From Octopus sinensis (lineage: Eukaryota), in the NCBI RefSeq assembly GCF_006345805.1, contig NC_043010.1:27838001-27902000 (forward strand): a stretch of DNA of 64,000 bases. The letters run 5' to 3'. Below are positions 25,516 through 38,340 of the stretch, piece by piece. The notes under the pieces are model-generated. The model was not told the origin of the DNA. It searched no databases and was given only the letters and a program-made list of their open reading frames with translations. A program made the translations under genes and the position numbers. Each line of letters starts with the position of its first letter. Within the stretch, counting starts at the first letter, position 1.

Positions 25516-25640
25516 GAACTTTGCTCGAAACGTTAAAGCATCTTTCTTTCCTTCCCTTGAGCGTCTGCTAATACTTTACATGTACCACGTCCTCGCGTTG
25601 TTGCTTTTTTTCCGTGTTTGTTCTTTCACTTTTGGGGATT
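25513..25640 (+). mobile_element. Truncated copy of the 9015 hammerhead family
   Basis: gaagaactttgctcgaaacgttaaa...gagcgtctgctaatactttacatgtaccacgtcctcgcgttgttg matches 9100-9190. Starts directly after (TA)n. Confidence 0.7.
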
Positions 25641-25692
25641 TACTATATATATACATACATACATGCATGCATACATACATACATACATACAT

Positions 25693-25775
<83 letters not shown>

Positions 25776-26199
25776 GTGGGTTACATTGTCTAATGTGAGT
25801 CTTCTCTTTTAAGATAGTAGGGTGAGTAATTTTGAGGGAAATCTATCTGCTATTCTTAGCAGGTCGAGTCATCACGTAGAAGTTGGTGCAAGTTCTTTCT
25901 TTGTTGCTCTTGTACCTGTTTCTGTTTAGCCCCACATTAACTCTGATCAAGGAAACCTACGATAAAAAATGTTTCATTTGTGTTATCTATATATATATGA
26001 CTATGTATGTGAGTGTGTGGTGGAGTGGTGGGGGTGGAGGGGTGTTCTTGAATTTTACTACGATTCTTGCCTGGAATTTTTCCTTAGCTACAAACATAGC
26101 TATTACACAATAGAAATATACGTATGCTGATTCCTTTTAATAAATCTATTTTAACTTGTTTTAATGTAATATATTGCATTTCTCAATGATCCATCGTTT

Positions 26200-26376
26200 T
26201 ATCAAACAGACTCCATTAATACAGTTCTATACTTAAGATGTGAGGAATTATGTACATTATTTACATTTGACGGATATTTGTCCTCATCTTGTATACTGTT
26301 AACACAACGTTTCGGCTGATATACCCTCCTGCCTTGGGGGAAATTACTAAGGTATTTTTTGATCTTGTTGTTGTTA

Positions 26377-26431
<55 letters not shown>

Positions 26432-26593
26432 CATTATTATTATTATTATTATTATTTAGGTCACTGCCTGGAATCGAACTCGGAATCTTGGGGTTAGTAG
26501 CCCGCGCTGTTAACCACTCTGCCATATGCACGTAGTGGCTAAGAGCCTGGGCTACTAACCCCAAGATTCCGAGTTCGATTCCAGGTAGTGTCC

Positions 26594-26681
<88 letters not shown>

Positions 26682-26800
26682 GATCGAAAAATACCTTAGG
26701 AATGAGAACCCTGGTTCGAAATTTCCCCAAGACACCTGATGAAAGCTGGAAGGTGTATCAGCCGGACAAATGTAAATAATGTAAATTCTGAAATGTTGTA
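26200..26800. mobile_element. Head-to-head pair of tRNA-headed SINE-like elements with hammerhead-containing tails
   Basis: tRNA-like heads at 26456-26529 (minus) and 26532-26595 (plus), each followed by (AAT)n(AAC)n and a shared tail. CTGATGA at 26736; GAAACGTT on the minus strand at about 26306-26313. Confidence 0.75.
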
Positions 26801-26954
26801 ACGCCTTCTCCAATCAGCTTTAAATGCTACTTTGTTTATTCGCCAGATAACACTCGTTTCACCATTTATAAGCCTTCATATCGTTCCAAAAGTTTCCCTT
26901 TTGTCTGATGATCGGTTATGTGAAACTCAGTGGAACAACTTATAAATTTAAAAA

Positions 26955-27002
<48 letters not shown>

Positions 27003-27207
27003 GCAATATATAATTGGTAGAGTGCATTTCATCTTATTGTAGAAACAGCTATAAGCTAATGAAGTTTATTGTATAATTTCTTGTTCCCTTGTCATTTATT
27101 CAATCTCTTATTACACTCTGTACTCGACTAATGTTTTTCTGTAAGGCATATATATATTGAGTTCTAACATCAGCTTGTTAGTATCGCAGTATCTCTATGC
27201 TTAAGCG

Positions 27208-27239
<32 letters not shown>

Positions 27240-27651
27240 ACATATACACATATACACATACATATACATACATGCATATACGTTTATATACATACACAAA
27301 CTCACATACGCACGAATACAGACACACACATATATACACATGTATCAATTTCTCATGCAGCTGTTATCATTGTACTCAACAGCTGTTTCATTAAGATAAG
27401 ATCATTGAACGTATAATTACGCAACTGTGATACATAATTCATATCAATTAAATTATTTCGATTAAATCAAACTAAATTAAGTTTAAAAATTATGTTTTTC
27501 CAAATCATTAGGAACTTTGTGTAACAATATGAAGGCTTTTAACGACCTTCAATTAATTAAACTTAAAAATGCAGGTATCCATATATTTTGATGTTAATAT
27601 ATTAATTCTCTCGTCCTCTCCTTTCTCCCTCCCTCTCTCTCTCTTTTTACG

Positions 27652-27685
<34 letters not shown>

Positions 27686-27848
27686 TGTATGTATGTATGT
27701 ATGTATGTATATGTATATATATATGTACATACACACACATACACACACACACATATATATATAGGTATGTATGTATGTATGTATGTATGTATGTATGTAT
27801 GTACGTATGTATGTGTATGTATATATATGTACATACACACACACACAT

Positions 27849-27881
<33 letters not shown>

Positions 27882-28239
27882 GGTATGTATGTATGTATAA
27901 TTACACTGACCAAAGTATATTCTTTATTTTAGACAATATAGAGGAATTTTAGTGAGGTATAGCTACTACTTCTAGCATGTAGAACAAGATTGGGAACGTT
28001 TGCCTTTTATTTATTTTTTTTCTTGTTTTTTGCTCCAGAGGCAACCTGACGGTACACAAAATCCTTTGGAGGTAGATTTTTGTTGAGAAAAGAAATGAAT
28101 GTTCATTTTACACATTCGTAGGTATCTGTCTTATATTAAACAACACGTAGTACTTGGTATTCAGGGCTTTATTCACACCTCATATAAATATAATCTCATA
28201 AATTCATTATATTTTGGACAAACTGTTTTAAGAAAAAAA

Positions 28240-29010
28240 GAAAGGTCCAAACGTCGGTCCTCACTATTGTCAAATATCCCTCTTGGTGAAAATACATCCT
28301 TAGCTTAGCCATGACAGCATTTCGAAGACTAGCTCTTCTCTTCAGAGCCAAGAAATATTTCAGCCCCTAACAACTGTTGGCAATCTACCAAGGTCAAGTG
28401 GAGCCCACAGTAGATTACTGCACCCATATCTGGGGCGGTGCTTCTGCTGCTACAAACAGACGCCCTACGCCAGCGTTTCTCAACCGCCGCTCCCATGGCC
28501 GCACGTGACCCTCAAGTATCCTTCTGGCTGCCCTCAATGGTCTTCCCTCTATAAATATAGTAAATTTTTCTTTAATTGGATTGTTTTACTTTTTTCGATA
28601 CAGCCGCTTAAAAAAATCCAAGTGGCGGATCTGGCCTGGATATTAGAAAGGTTGAGAACCACTGTCCAAAACTGTATTCAGGGAAAATCCCCTCAACTAA
28701 TTGGTATTCAGTTATTTACGGTTACACAGGCGTGTTGTTCCCCTTCTCTGTCTTTTCTATAATGGCCTCTGTCCCTACTGTAACGACTCCTGTTCCTAAG
28801 AGCTCCGACGCTCAGACACCACCTACTCTGTACCACTTGTCTCTCTGCCTCTTGATACCATTAGAGAGCTTAACTACTTTTTCCCCGCATTAGCAACCAT
28901 GCCCAATCTTTTCTCGCCAGAACATCGTCGATCCCTCTGGAATCTTCTCCCTGCCTATACCTTGTCTTTCCTGCAGAGGTTAACTACAACGGATTAAACG
29001 CAACATCAAC
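28240..29010 (+). pseudogene. Old CR1/L2-like LINE 3' fragment interrupted by a hAT MITE
   Basis: 28305-28454 reads LAMTAFRRLALLFRAKKYFSP*QLLAIYQGQVEPTVDYCTHIWGGAS. Downstream ctctggaatcttctccct matches the LWNxLP motif. Confidence 0.7.
28471..28664. mobile_element. hAT-type MITE
   Basis: TIRs cagcgtttctcaacc / ggttgagaaccactg; no matching TSD. Confidence 0.7.
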
Positions 29011-29928
29011 GGTAACAATCTTGTCAAGTTTTGGAGAGGTCACAAAGATTTTTGGAACGATCCCTTTCTCAAAACACAAATGATAAAAATATATAAGATT
29101 AAAAAGTTTATCAGGAAATTGATTCCTTTGGATTTGTTGGGTCTAAAGAATTCAGAAGGTGGCTCAATTCGAGTTCATGAAAATGGGCAAAAAACAAACA
29201 AAACAAAACACAAAAGCGTAACCAAAATGTCTGTGGACTCCAAAAGTCATACAACTTATGACCTTCACCTTGAAAGGCAATCTTGTGGCCCACTTCAGCT
29301 CCTTAGATGCACACATATGCACACACGTATAAATACATACATACACACGTATACATACATACATACATACATACACACACACATACACACACATACATAC
29401 ATACATACATACATACATACATACATACATACATACATACATACATACACACGTATACATACATACATGCATGCATACATACACACACGCATACAAACAT
29501 TGACACATACATACATGCATACACACAAGCATGCATACAAACGCACTTCTATGCATACATACATATGTACATACGTACATGAATGCATACCTACATAATC
29601 ACACGCATATATGAATGTACACATACATACACACACTCACAGATACACACCACACACACACGCACCTACACACACGCGTTCACTTTCATGTATCAAGATT
29701 GTTTCGTTGTTTAAATTCTAAACAGACCCCCCCCCACACTTTTTTTCTTTTGTTTCTCTTATATTGGTTTATGGAAATTCTAGCATCGCTTCCAAATTGT
29801 TGTGGGTGAGATTTCGCCCGCAGACGACTGCTTCCAACGTCCGGATGACGAAAGCATCCGTGACGTCATTAAAACAGCTGTTAAACACACATCACACGCG
29901 CGCACGCACGCACACACGCACACACACA

Positions 29929-29974
<46 letters not shown>

Positions 29975-30369
29975 GCACACACATGCACAAACACACGTTC
30001 AGGCCTAGACCTCAAGCCTAAACGCTAAAATGTTTCAAGTAATCAAATTATTATAATTGTTTTTGATCGTATCAAACGGGTTTTCTTTCTTTCTTTTTGA
30101 GACTTTATCAGTGGACGGACGATTTCATATGAACATGAGTGAGGGGCTCCTTATCCCACGGATCAGCTGTATTCAACACAGACACACACACATACATACA
30201 CGCACACACATACGCACACGCACACACACATGTAGGAGTAGGCCTCTGAGTTTAAATGTAGAGTAACACGCACTTAGATGATCAAATACTTCTTTTTTCT
30301 TTCTTTTTTTTTCTGATTAATTAAGAAATTTCGAAAAAGAATTGACAATTTTAAATAGAATTTAGTGCT

Positions 30370-30435
30370 TGATTGAGTGTGTGTGTAAGATAGAGGGAGA
30401 GAGTAGGAGAGTGAAAGAGATAGAGTGAGAGAGAG

Positions 30436-30470
<35 letters not shown>

Positions 30471-31130
30471 AAGAGATAGAGAAAGACTGTGTATGTATGT
30501 AAGAGAGAGAGAGAGAGAGAGAGTGAGAGAGTGTGTGTGTGTGTGTATGTAAGAGATAGAGGGAGAGTGTGTATGTATGTAAGAAAGAGAGAGAGAGTGA
30601 GAGAGAGAGATAGTGGGAGAGATAGTGTGTGTGTGTGTAAGAGAGAGTGTGTGTGTATGTGTGTGTGCAAGAGAGAGATAGTGTGTGTGTATGTGTGTGT
30701 GCAAGAGAGAGAGAGTGTGTGTGTTTAAAAGAGGGAGAGTGAGAGAGAGAAAAAGTGAGAGAAAGAGAGAGAAAGTGTGTGTGGGTGTGTGTAAGAGAGA
30801 GAGACTGAGAGAGAAAGTGTGTGTGTATGTGTGTGTGTGTGTGTGTAAGAGAGAGAGTGTGTGTGTGTGTGTGTAAAAGAGAAAGAGTGAGAGAGAGAAA
30901 GTGAGAGAAAGAGAGAGAAAGTGTGTGTAAGAGAGAGAGAGTGTGTGTATGTGTGTGTGTGTAAGAGAGAGAGAGTGTGTGTGTAAGTGAGATAGAGAGT
31001 GTGTGTGTGTAAGAGAGAGAGAGACTGAGAGAGAGAGAGAGAGTGTGTGTGTGTGTGGTGTGTGTGTGTGTGTGTATGTGTAAACGTGTACGATGTGGGT
31101 GAATGTGTGTTTCTTTAAATATTTCAGTGC
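30370..31130. repeat. Compound (GA)n/(GT)n satellite with recurring gtgtgtaagagagag junction
   Basis: Directly visible. Confidence 0.9.
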
Positions 31131-32425
31131 GTGTGTGTCTATGTAAGTGGTTGTGCTAATGTGTGTATGTGAGCACGTGTGTGTTTATGTGTGTAATTGA
31201 GTGTGTATATGTGAAAGTAGTTGAGCTAAAGTGTATGTGTGTGTAAGTGGTTGAATTAGTGTGCTGCCTGTGTGTGTGCGTGTGTCTGTTAGTTAGTGTG
31301 TGTGTGTGTAAATATTTCAGTTTATTAAACTGTGAGTAGGTGGGTTGAATGTGTGAGAGAGAAAGAGATAAAGAGCGAGAAGTGTGTGAGAGAGAGAGAG
31401 TGTGTGTGTGTGTGTGTGTGTGTATGTTCGTGCGCGTGTGCGCGCGCGCCTGTATTTGAGTGCTTCAGTTAGTATGCCTGTGTATAAGTGTTTCTGTAGA
31501 TGAGTGTGTTCGTGTAAGTCTGTGTATGTAGGAGGTTGAATGTGTGTGCTAGTGAGTATGTATGTATGTATGTATGTATGTATGTATGTATGTATGTATG
31601 TATGTATGTATGTGTGTGTATGTATGTATGTATTATGTGTGCGTGAGTGTGAATGTAGGTGGCGGGGGTGTCTGAATAAATTTTGCTTCTTCAAACCACT
31701 CATGTTCTCTCTCACATTCTCCACCCTGCTCTCATTCCTCTCCTTCTCCCACTCACTTTCTCTCTCTCACCCTCTCTCTCTCTCTTCTTCTCACTCTCTT
31801 TTTCTCCCCCTCTCTCTTTCTCCCCTCCACACTCTCTCCCTTTCTCTCCATTTAAGATATTTCATGTTTTGACAATTTGTGAATACACGTGCATGTTTGT
31901 GCCAATGTATGACAGTCTGTATGTGTGTGCGTGTGTGTGTGTGTATGTGTGTGTGTGCGTGTGTGCGTGTGTGTATGTGTGAGTGTGTGTGTGTGTAAGG
32001 GTAAAGAGTGTGAATGAGTGTGTGTGAGTATGTGCTTACATCTCTTCGTGTGTGTATGGATATGTGCGTATGCTCGATCTAGAGAGTGCATATATATATA
32101 TGTGTGTGTGTGTATGTGTGTGTGTGCGCGTGTGTGTGTGTACATGTGTGTGTATACGTGTGTGTGTCTGCGTGTACTTGTGTGCGCACGTGTGTGCGCG
32201 TGTGTGTGTGTGAGTGAATGTGTACGTGTGTGTGAGTGAATGTGTACGTGTGTGTGAGTGAATGTGTACGTGTGTGTGAGTGAATGTGTACGTGTGTGTG
32301 TGCGTGTGGGTGTGAACTAAGTCACTTTTCTTCTTCAATATACCCCCATTCACCCTACCACCCTTCCTCCTCACTTCCTCGCCCTCTTCTCTTCTCTCCT
32401 TCCCTCTTTCTCTCCTCCCCCCTCT

Positions 32426-32457
<32 letters not shown>

Positions 32458-32784
32458 TCTTAAGATTTGCGTTGCGTATCTAATCTGATTTCTCCGTGAT
32501 TATTAGTGAGATGTCGGACTTAAGAAAATTGTATCTTCCTATTAAATTGTGAAATTTACTTTTTGGTAACGCATAAAAGTAAGTTCCTTAAATATCATTC
32601 CAATCAGAGTGGACAATGATCAGTCCAGTAATAGGCGTGCGACACACCTGGAGGCACATGAACCTGCGTTTTCGAGGGCAGTGGAAATATTCAAACGGCT
32701 CGGGTCTTCGAGCTAAAGTTCCGATTCGAACATATTTGGAATTGTTTGACTTCAGTTGAACAACTCTTATTGTATTTACAATTA

Positions 32785-33349
32785 TTGGGTTGTCCGGAAA
32801 GTTCGTACCGATTTTTAAAGGAAAGAAAAAGGTCAATAAATACTTGCCATTACATTTTCAATCAACCAAATATGAACCGTTTTGTTGCACAATGCGTTTC
32901 CACCTTTCCTTTAACTTGAAAATACCCTCTTCCCAGAATTGAGGTGGTTTCATGGCAAAGAATTCATCAAGGTATATTTTTACGTCATCCAAGGAATTGA
33001 AATTTTTACCATTCAGACTATTCTGCAGAGACCTGAATAAGGGGAAATCCGAAGGAGCAACACCTGGTGAATATGGAGGGTGGGGTAACACATCCCAACC
33101 GAGCTGCAGCAATTTTGCCTGGTTCCCAAAGCATCAAGTGCCAAAAATGAACTTTCTTATCTTCCATTTTAAAGCGTAACGGAATTAACACAGGTTATAG
33201 GAACATAAACCTTCTTCCACGAAAAGATAGCTTGAAATGTGTTCTAAATGGAAGTGTAGTCAAATCCTATTTTATGGACTCAACCATGTTATAAAATAAG
33301 TCGAAAGGTATACTACTATAAATCGGCACGAACTTTCCGGACAACCCAA
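32785..33349 (-). mobile_element. Internally deleted mariner element (565 bp) with TA TSD
   Basis: TIRs ttgggttgtccggaaagttcgtaccgattt / aaatcggcacgaactttccggacaacccaa, with TA on both sides. The N-terminus MEDKKVHFWHLMLWE is fused to LGWDVLPHPPYSPGVAPSDF. Confidence 0.93.
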
Positions 33350-33433
33350 TAGTTTATCACAATATAGGCGCATGCGTGTCTTGGTGGTAAGAAGTTAGTC
33401 CCACAGCGTGACACCTTGGACAAGTCTCTTCTA

Positions 33434-34704
33434 TTGTGTTGTCAACTAAGTTCCCGCCGTTTTTTTTTAATTTTAGAATTTATTTCGTTTTTAAATTTTG
33501 GAATCTACTTTTTTCGAGAATTCTATTTTTGAATCATTTTGAAATCTTTTTTTTTTCTAGTTAATTTTAGTTAATTTTTGTTTATTTTCAGATCATTAAA
33601 ATGGAATGTCAAGTTAAAAAAAACGAGCATTTTCGACACCTCCTTCTTTTTGCTTTTAATCAAGGTTCTAAGGCCGCAAAAGCTGCTGCTTGCGACATTT
33701 GTGCTGTGCATGGAGAGGGTGCCATAGCTGAAAGAACCGCTCGTGATTGGTATGCCAAGTTCAAAAATGGAAATTTTGATCTCAAAGACACACCTCGTTT
33801 TGGCCGTCCATTTGAGTTTGAGGAAGAGCGATTAAACCAACTTTTGCACGAAAATTCTCGTCAAATGACAAAGGAACTGGCAGAGAAAATGGAATGCTTC
33901 CACACTGCTTTAGAGAAACATCTTCACTCGATGGGAAAGGTTCAGAGGTATGGAGCATCGGTTCCGCATGCTTTAAGTGACAACAAAAATCAACGAACCG
34001 CAATCTCCGCTGGTTTGCTTGCTCGTCACCGCTCAACTCGTGGACACAAGCAACGATTTCTTTACCGAATCGTTACTGGCGACAAAAAATGGTGCCTATA
34101 AATCAATATGAAGCAGCGCAAGGAATGGCTTAACCCCGGTGAACAAGCGACACCGCGCGTGAAACAAGATCTCCATCCGCGTAAAACGATGTTGTGCATA
34201 TGGTGGGACTGGGAAAGGGTTATCCATTACGAATTACTGGAACGGAACTAAACGGTCAACGCGGAACTCTATGTTCAGCAGATGGAACGACTCGGCAGCA
34301 TGAAGTTCTTCTGCTGCACGACAACGCCCGTCTTCATATCGCCAACATGACCAAGGAAGCCATTCAAATGCATGGTTGGGAAGTGCTGCCACACCCGCCG
34401 TACTTTCCTGATTTGGCACCAACGGATTTCCGCTTCTTTCGATCTCTTTCAAATGGTAAGCGCGGAGTTTCGTTCAATACTGATGCAGAATTGAGAGCTT
34501 GGTTGGATCAATTTTACGAGTCGAAATCGGGTGATTTCTACCAACGAGGTATTGAAAATCTTGTTGAACGTTGGGAAGAAGTTTTAAACAACAAGTTTTA
34601 AACAACATTATTGATTAATTAGTTATTTTTAATAAACCTTTTAAAAAATTTTAATTTAAAAAATTTAAATTTAAAAAACGGTGGGAACTTAATTGCCAAC
34701 CTAA
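33434..34704 (+). mobile_element. Mariner (D,D34D-type) element, near full length and defective, inserted in a family B SINE
   Basis: TIRs and TA TSD. Transposase 33601-34600: HFRHLLLF, GRP, RIVTGDKKW, LLHDNAR, HPPYFPDLAPTDF, with stops and a deletion. SINE halves at 33365-33433 and 34707-35010. Confidence 0.93.
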
Positions 34705-36229
34705 TAAAAAAAGCCTCGGGCCGCCAAAGTCTTGTGAGTAGATTTGGTAGACAGCTATCCGTCTTGTATGTGTGTACGTGTGTGTACATGCTTGCGCGCG
34801 CGTTTGTGAATGTGTTTGTCCCCCACCACCACTTGACAACCTGTGTTGGTGTGTTTACGTCTCCGTAAGCTAGCGGTTCGGCAAGAGACCGATAGAATAA
34901 GTACAGGCTTTAAACACTATGCATACTGGCGTCAATGTGTTCGACTAACATTGTTTAAGGTGTTGCCCCAGCATGACCGCAATCTAATGACCGAAACAAA
35001 TAAAAGAATCCTCCACTAAATCTTCTCTCAAAATTTTGGTCACCCCGGGGCCATAGTAAGAGACAGTTGCCCATGGTTGCCCTTGAACCTGGAACCAGTT
35101 TCTTACCACACAGCCACGCCTTCGTAAATGAAATATTTTCAGAAACAAAAAAAAAAATGATCAAATATAATATCCTTTCTTTCATAGACACAAGATCTGA
35201 AATTCTCATGGCTAGGGGTCTAGTTGATTGCATCGACCCCAGTACTCGAGTGGTATTTATTTTATCAAGTCTGTAAGGATAAATGGCAAAGTCGACCTCG
35301 GTGAAATTTGAACTCAGAGAATAAAACCGGAAGAAATGCTGCTATCATTACATCAAATGTAATCTCAAAGTTTATATAAAGACCACACCCTCTCTTCATA
35401 AAAAAAACGACTAGAGACAAAAAAAATGAAAGAAAGAAAAAACTGAAGAGAAAACTTGACTGGAAGTAAACGGAGTTTGTTTAGTGATTGGTATCAGAGA
35501 AACCCTTACCATGTTAGAGCGCCAGATTCTGACTGATCTTCTGACTGATAAACTATGTTGCAAGTAATGGGGTCAGTGGTAATGAAAAGCTTTACTACGA
35601 TGAAGAGGGAAGCGTGTATCAACATCGTGTTCAGTGTCAAGTTACAGACCGGCTGAAAGACATTCTGAGCACAGACAATCCCTTTCGGGAAACCGATACA
35701 GACTTGGGCAACACGAGACCAAAGCTTCTCAAACATTTTTAACTCTTCCTCCTGTGTTCTTTTACTAACACTTTTTCAACACTTTGTAGCAACAATTTTT
35801 TACCGTGGCAGCAGCATTGGTGAGGTCACCATGCAGCTAAGATCCCCTTTCACTGAATGGGATTACAGCAAAGAGATTGGCCGCTTGTATGCTAGATGAT
35901 AAAGAAGTTATTGTTGAATGCCATTCTGAACCTGAGAAATGCTTTGAAAGAAATTAATAGAGATGACCTGAATAATACCAGACAAGTGACTCTCAAACGT
36001 TTTCCGGGACATGTCGAACTTAGTAAAATTTAATTTCCATTTTAAATTGGTGTAGAGTATACTTTTTAGAAACACATTAAAAGTAAAGTCCTTAATTATC
36101 CTTTGAACTAGAGTGGACAATGGTCAGTCCAATTAACGCTTCCTTTTTCTTCTTTCACTAACACTTTTTCAATGCTTCCTCACTACGATTCGACAAAAAA
36201 TTGCTACGGACAAGTTGAAAAACCAATAA

Positions 36230-36462
36230 CCTTTAAACCGGCGAGTACGCTTTAGCGGGTGCGAAATATATTTGATTATATCTTTGGAAGATACAAAAAG
36301 CGTTAGACCACATAGTTTTGTGTTTATGTTTTGCTAAATGGCAGAAGCAACGTCATTTTCAGCCGTAAACATAAAACGCATTTGGCAGCTCACTTTTGCG
36401 TTTTGCTAGGGGTTGAGTGACACAAAATCGTGCCCGTCAAAGCATACCTGCAGGCTAAAAAA
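36230..36462. mobile_element. Possible piggyBac-like MITE remnant
   Basis: Imperfect ~33-bp inverted ends: cctttaaaccggcgagtacgctttagcgggtgcga versus tcgtgcccgtcaaagcatacctgcaggctaaaa. Confidence 0.35.
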
Positions 36463-36504
36463 AGATTGAGATTCCTTGCTCTCGAGTAATTTCATTAATA
36501 TAAT

Positions 36505-36695
36505 ATGGAATGTGAAGAACATAAAAGAGCACATGAGAGGCGTCACTTGTCCGTTGAGTCAAGTAGCTTCACTTGCAACAGATGTCATTGCTGCTACAGG
36601 TCAAGACCAGGCCTTGTAGTCCACTTTGGAGCCTGCCAGAGATGATTACTGTACAAGAACAGACAGTGTCGACCGACAGCTGACTGCCGAAGGAG
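36505..36695 (+). pseudogene. RTE LINE 3' tip (zinc knuckle)
   Basis: EEHKRAHERRHLSVESSSFTCNRCHCCYRSRPGLVVHFGAC resembles the RTE C-terminal CxxC..GL.SH motif. Confidence 0.6.
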
Positions 36696-37161
36696 AATCT
36701 GGAATGTGAAAAATTCCAACCACTAAATATTATCAGATGATTCTCACATAGAATAAAATTTGATAACATTTTTGCTTTTTTAAATTAGAGTAATTAAAAG
36801 ATGTATTTATCACCTCTCAACCCACATCCTGGTCCCTCAAAAATCCTTACAAAATTTTCCACCATGTTCCAGGGAACAGTACTGTTCGCATTGAGAAGCA
36901 CTGATTTGATTGATTAAAGTGTGTTGAGGGATTTGGGGTAAATGTCAGTATTTTAGAATCCAGAGTATAAGAACAATATGTGAACTCCCAGAGGCAAGTA
37001 CTTTTCCAAAACAAAAATCTCAACGGAAGCGACATCATCACTTGATAATAAAAAAAATTGCAAAACACAAGCATCGTACTTGAATGGGCAGGAATTTGTT
37101 GCAGTGGACAGCAGAAGTGAAGCTGGTCACTCACAGAGTGCAGAGGCGCTGTTTTTTAAAT

Positions 37162-37640
37162 CAGTAATTCTCAACCGGGTTTACATGTACGATTTTGTTC
37201 TTAAAATTTATCTGCAATAAATTGGTTATACTTCTTCAATACACAGAATATTTTAATCTGTTTATACATTTCCTAATAATATTAAATGTAGAGACGCGTG
37301 GCTTAGTTGTTAGGGTGTCAGCACCATGATCGTAAGATTGTGGTTTCGATTCCCGGACCGGGCGACGCGTTGTATTCTTGAGCAAAACACTTCAATTCAC
37401 GAGGCTCCAGTCCACTCACCCGGCGAAAATGAGTAATCCTGCGACGGATCAGCGTTTCGTCCAGGTGGGGTATGCATACGCCACTGAAACCGGGAAACCG
37501 GGCCCATGAGCCTGGCTAGGCTTTAAAAGGGAGCATTTGTTTATTTATTATTTAATAATATTAAATTACAAAAGTATAATAGGATTTTTTAAACATCGAA
37601 TGGCTATAGAGGACCAATCAAGACAACTCTTGGGTTTTAT
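37162..37640. mobile_element. hAT-type MITE (same family as 19229) with nested SINE
   Basis: cagtaattctcaaccggg...aatttatctgcaataaattggtta matches 19229-19420. Right TIR not found. Confidence 0.65.
37288..37552 (+). mobile_element. tRNA-derived SINE (head type 2, short tail) with 14-bp TSD
   Basis: taataatattaaat at 37274-37287 and 37553-37566. Confidence 0.9.
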
Positions 37641-38020
37641 GGTTACCTGAACTGGTTGGTGTCTGCATAAATGGGTGCATGTCTGTTGTATTGTGTATAT
37701 ATGTGCGTGTGGATAAACTTGCCCTCGTGTGCGTGCGGGTCCGGCTAGAACACAAATGTGTATGTTCCATTACTGTTTATGTGCGTTCGTGTATTCCATT
37801 TGTATATGTGATGGTGTGCATATGTTCACCCAACGAATCTCAAATGGGGAATTCCTGAAGTGTCTTGCAATTTTTTCATTGCTCCTCTCATCGATTGTAT
37901 TTGGAGAGAAACCAATCAGATTGCTTTGTACTTTCTTGGAGAATCCTAGCATTTTGTTTTTTTTTTGGGGGGGGGAGTATGCAGATCAGCTGTTACGTAG
38001 CTCAGTACACCAATAATGTG

Positions 38021-38340
38021 AAGGCGCGTGGCTTAGTGGTTAGGGCATTTGGCTCACGATTGTAAGGTCGTGAGTTCGATTCCCGGCGACGTGTTGTGTC
38101 CTTGAGCAAGACACTTTATTTCACGTTGCTCCAGTCCACTCACCTGGCAAAAATTAGTTGTACTTGTACTTCAAAGGGCCAGCCTTGTCACATTCTGTGT
38201 CACGCTGAATCTCCCTAAGAACTACGTTAAGGGTACACGTGTCTGTGGAGTTCTCAGCCTCTTGCACGTTAATTTCACGAGCAAGCTGTTCCGTTGATCG
38301 GATCAGCTGGGACCCTCGTCGTCGTAACCGACAGAGTGCT
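38021..38340 (+). mobile_element. tRNA-derived SINE (head type 2, long tail)
   Basis: ggcgcgtggcttagtggttagg...gagttcgattccc...gttgctccagtccactcacctggc...gtcgtcgtaaccgac. Confidence 0.88.

Noticed and set aside
26456-26595. Two tRNA-like sequences as genuine tRNA genes
   Set aside because: No proper acceptor stem, atypical ACT anticodon loop, and both run into (AAT)n; they are SINE heads.
26893-26940. CTGATGAtcggttatgtGAAACtcagt
   Set aside because: Core present, but stem II and the cleavage triplet are not convincingly paired; at most a decayed HHR, so not counted.
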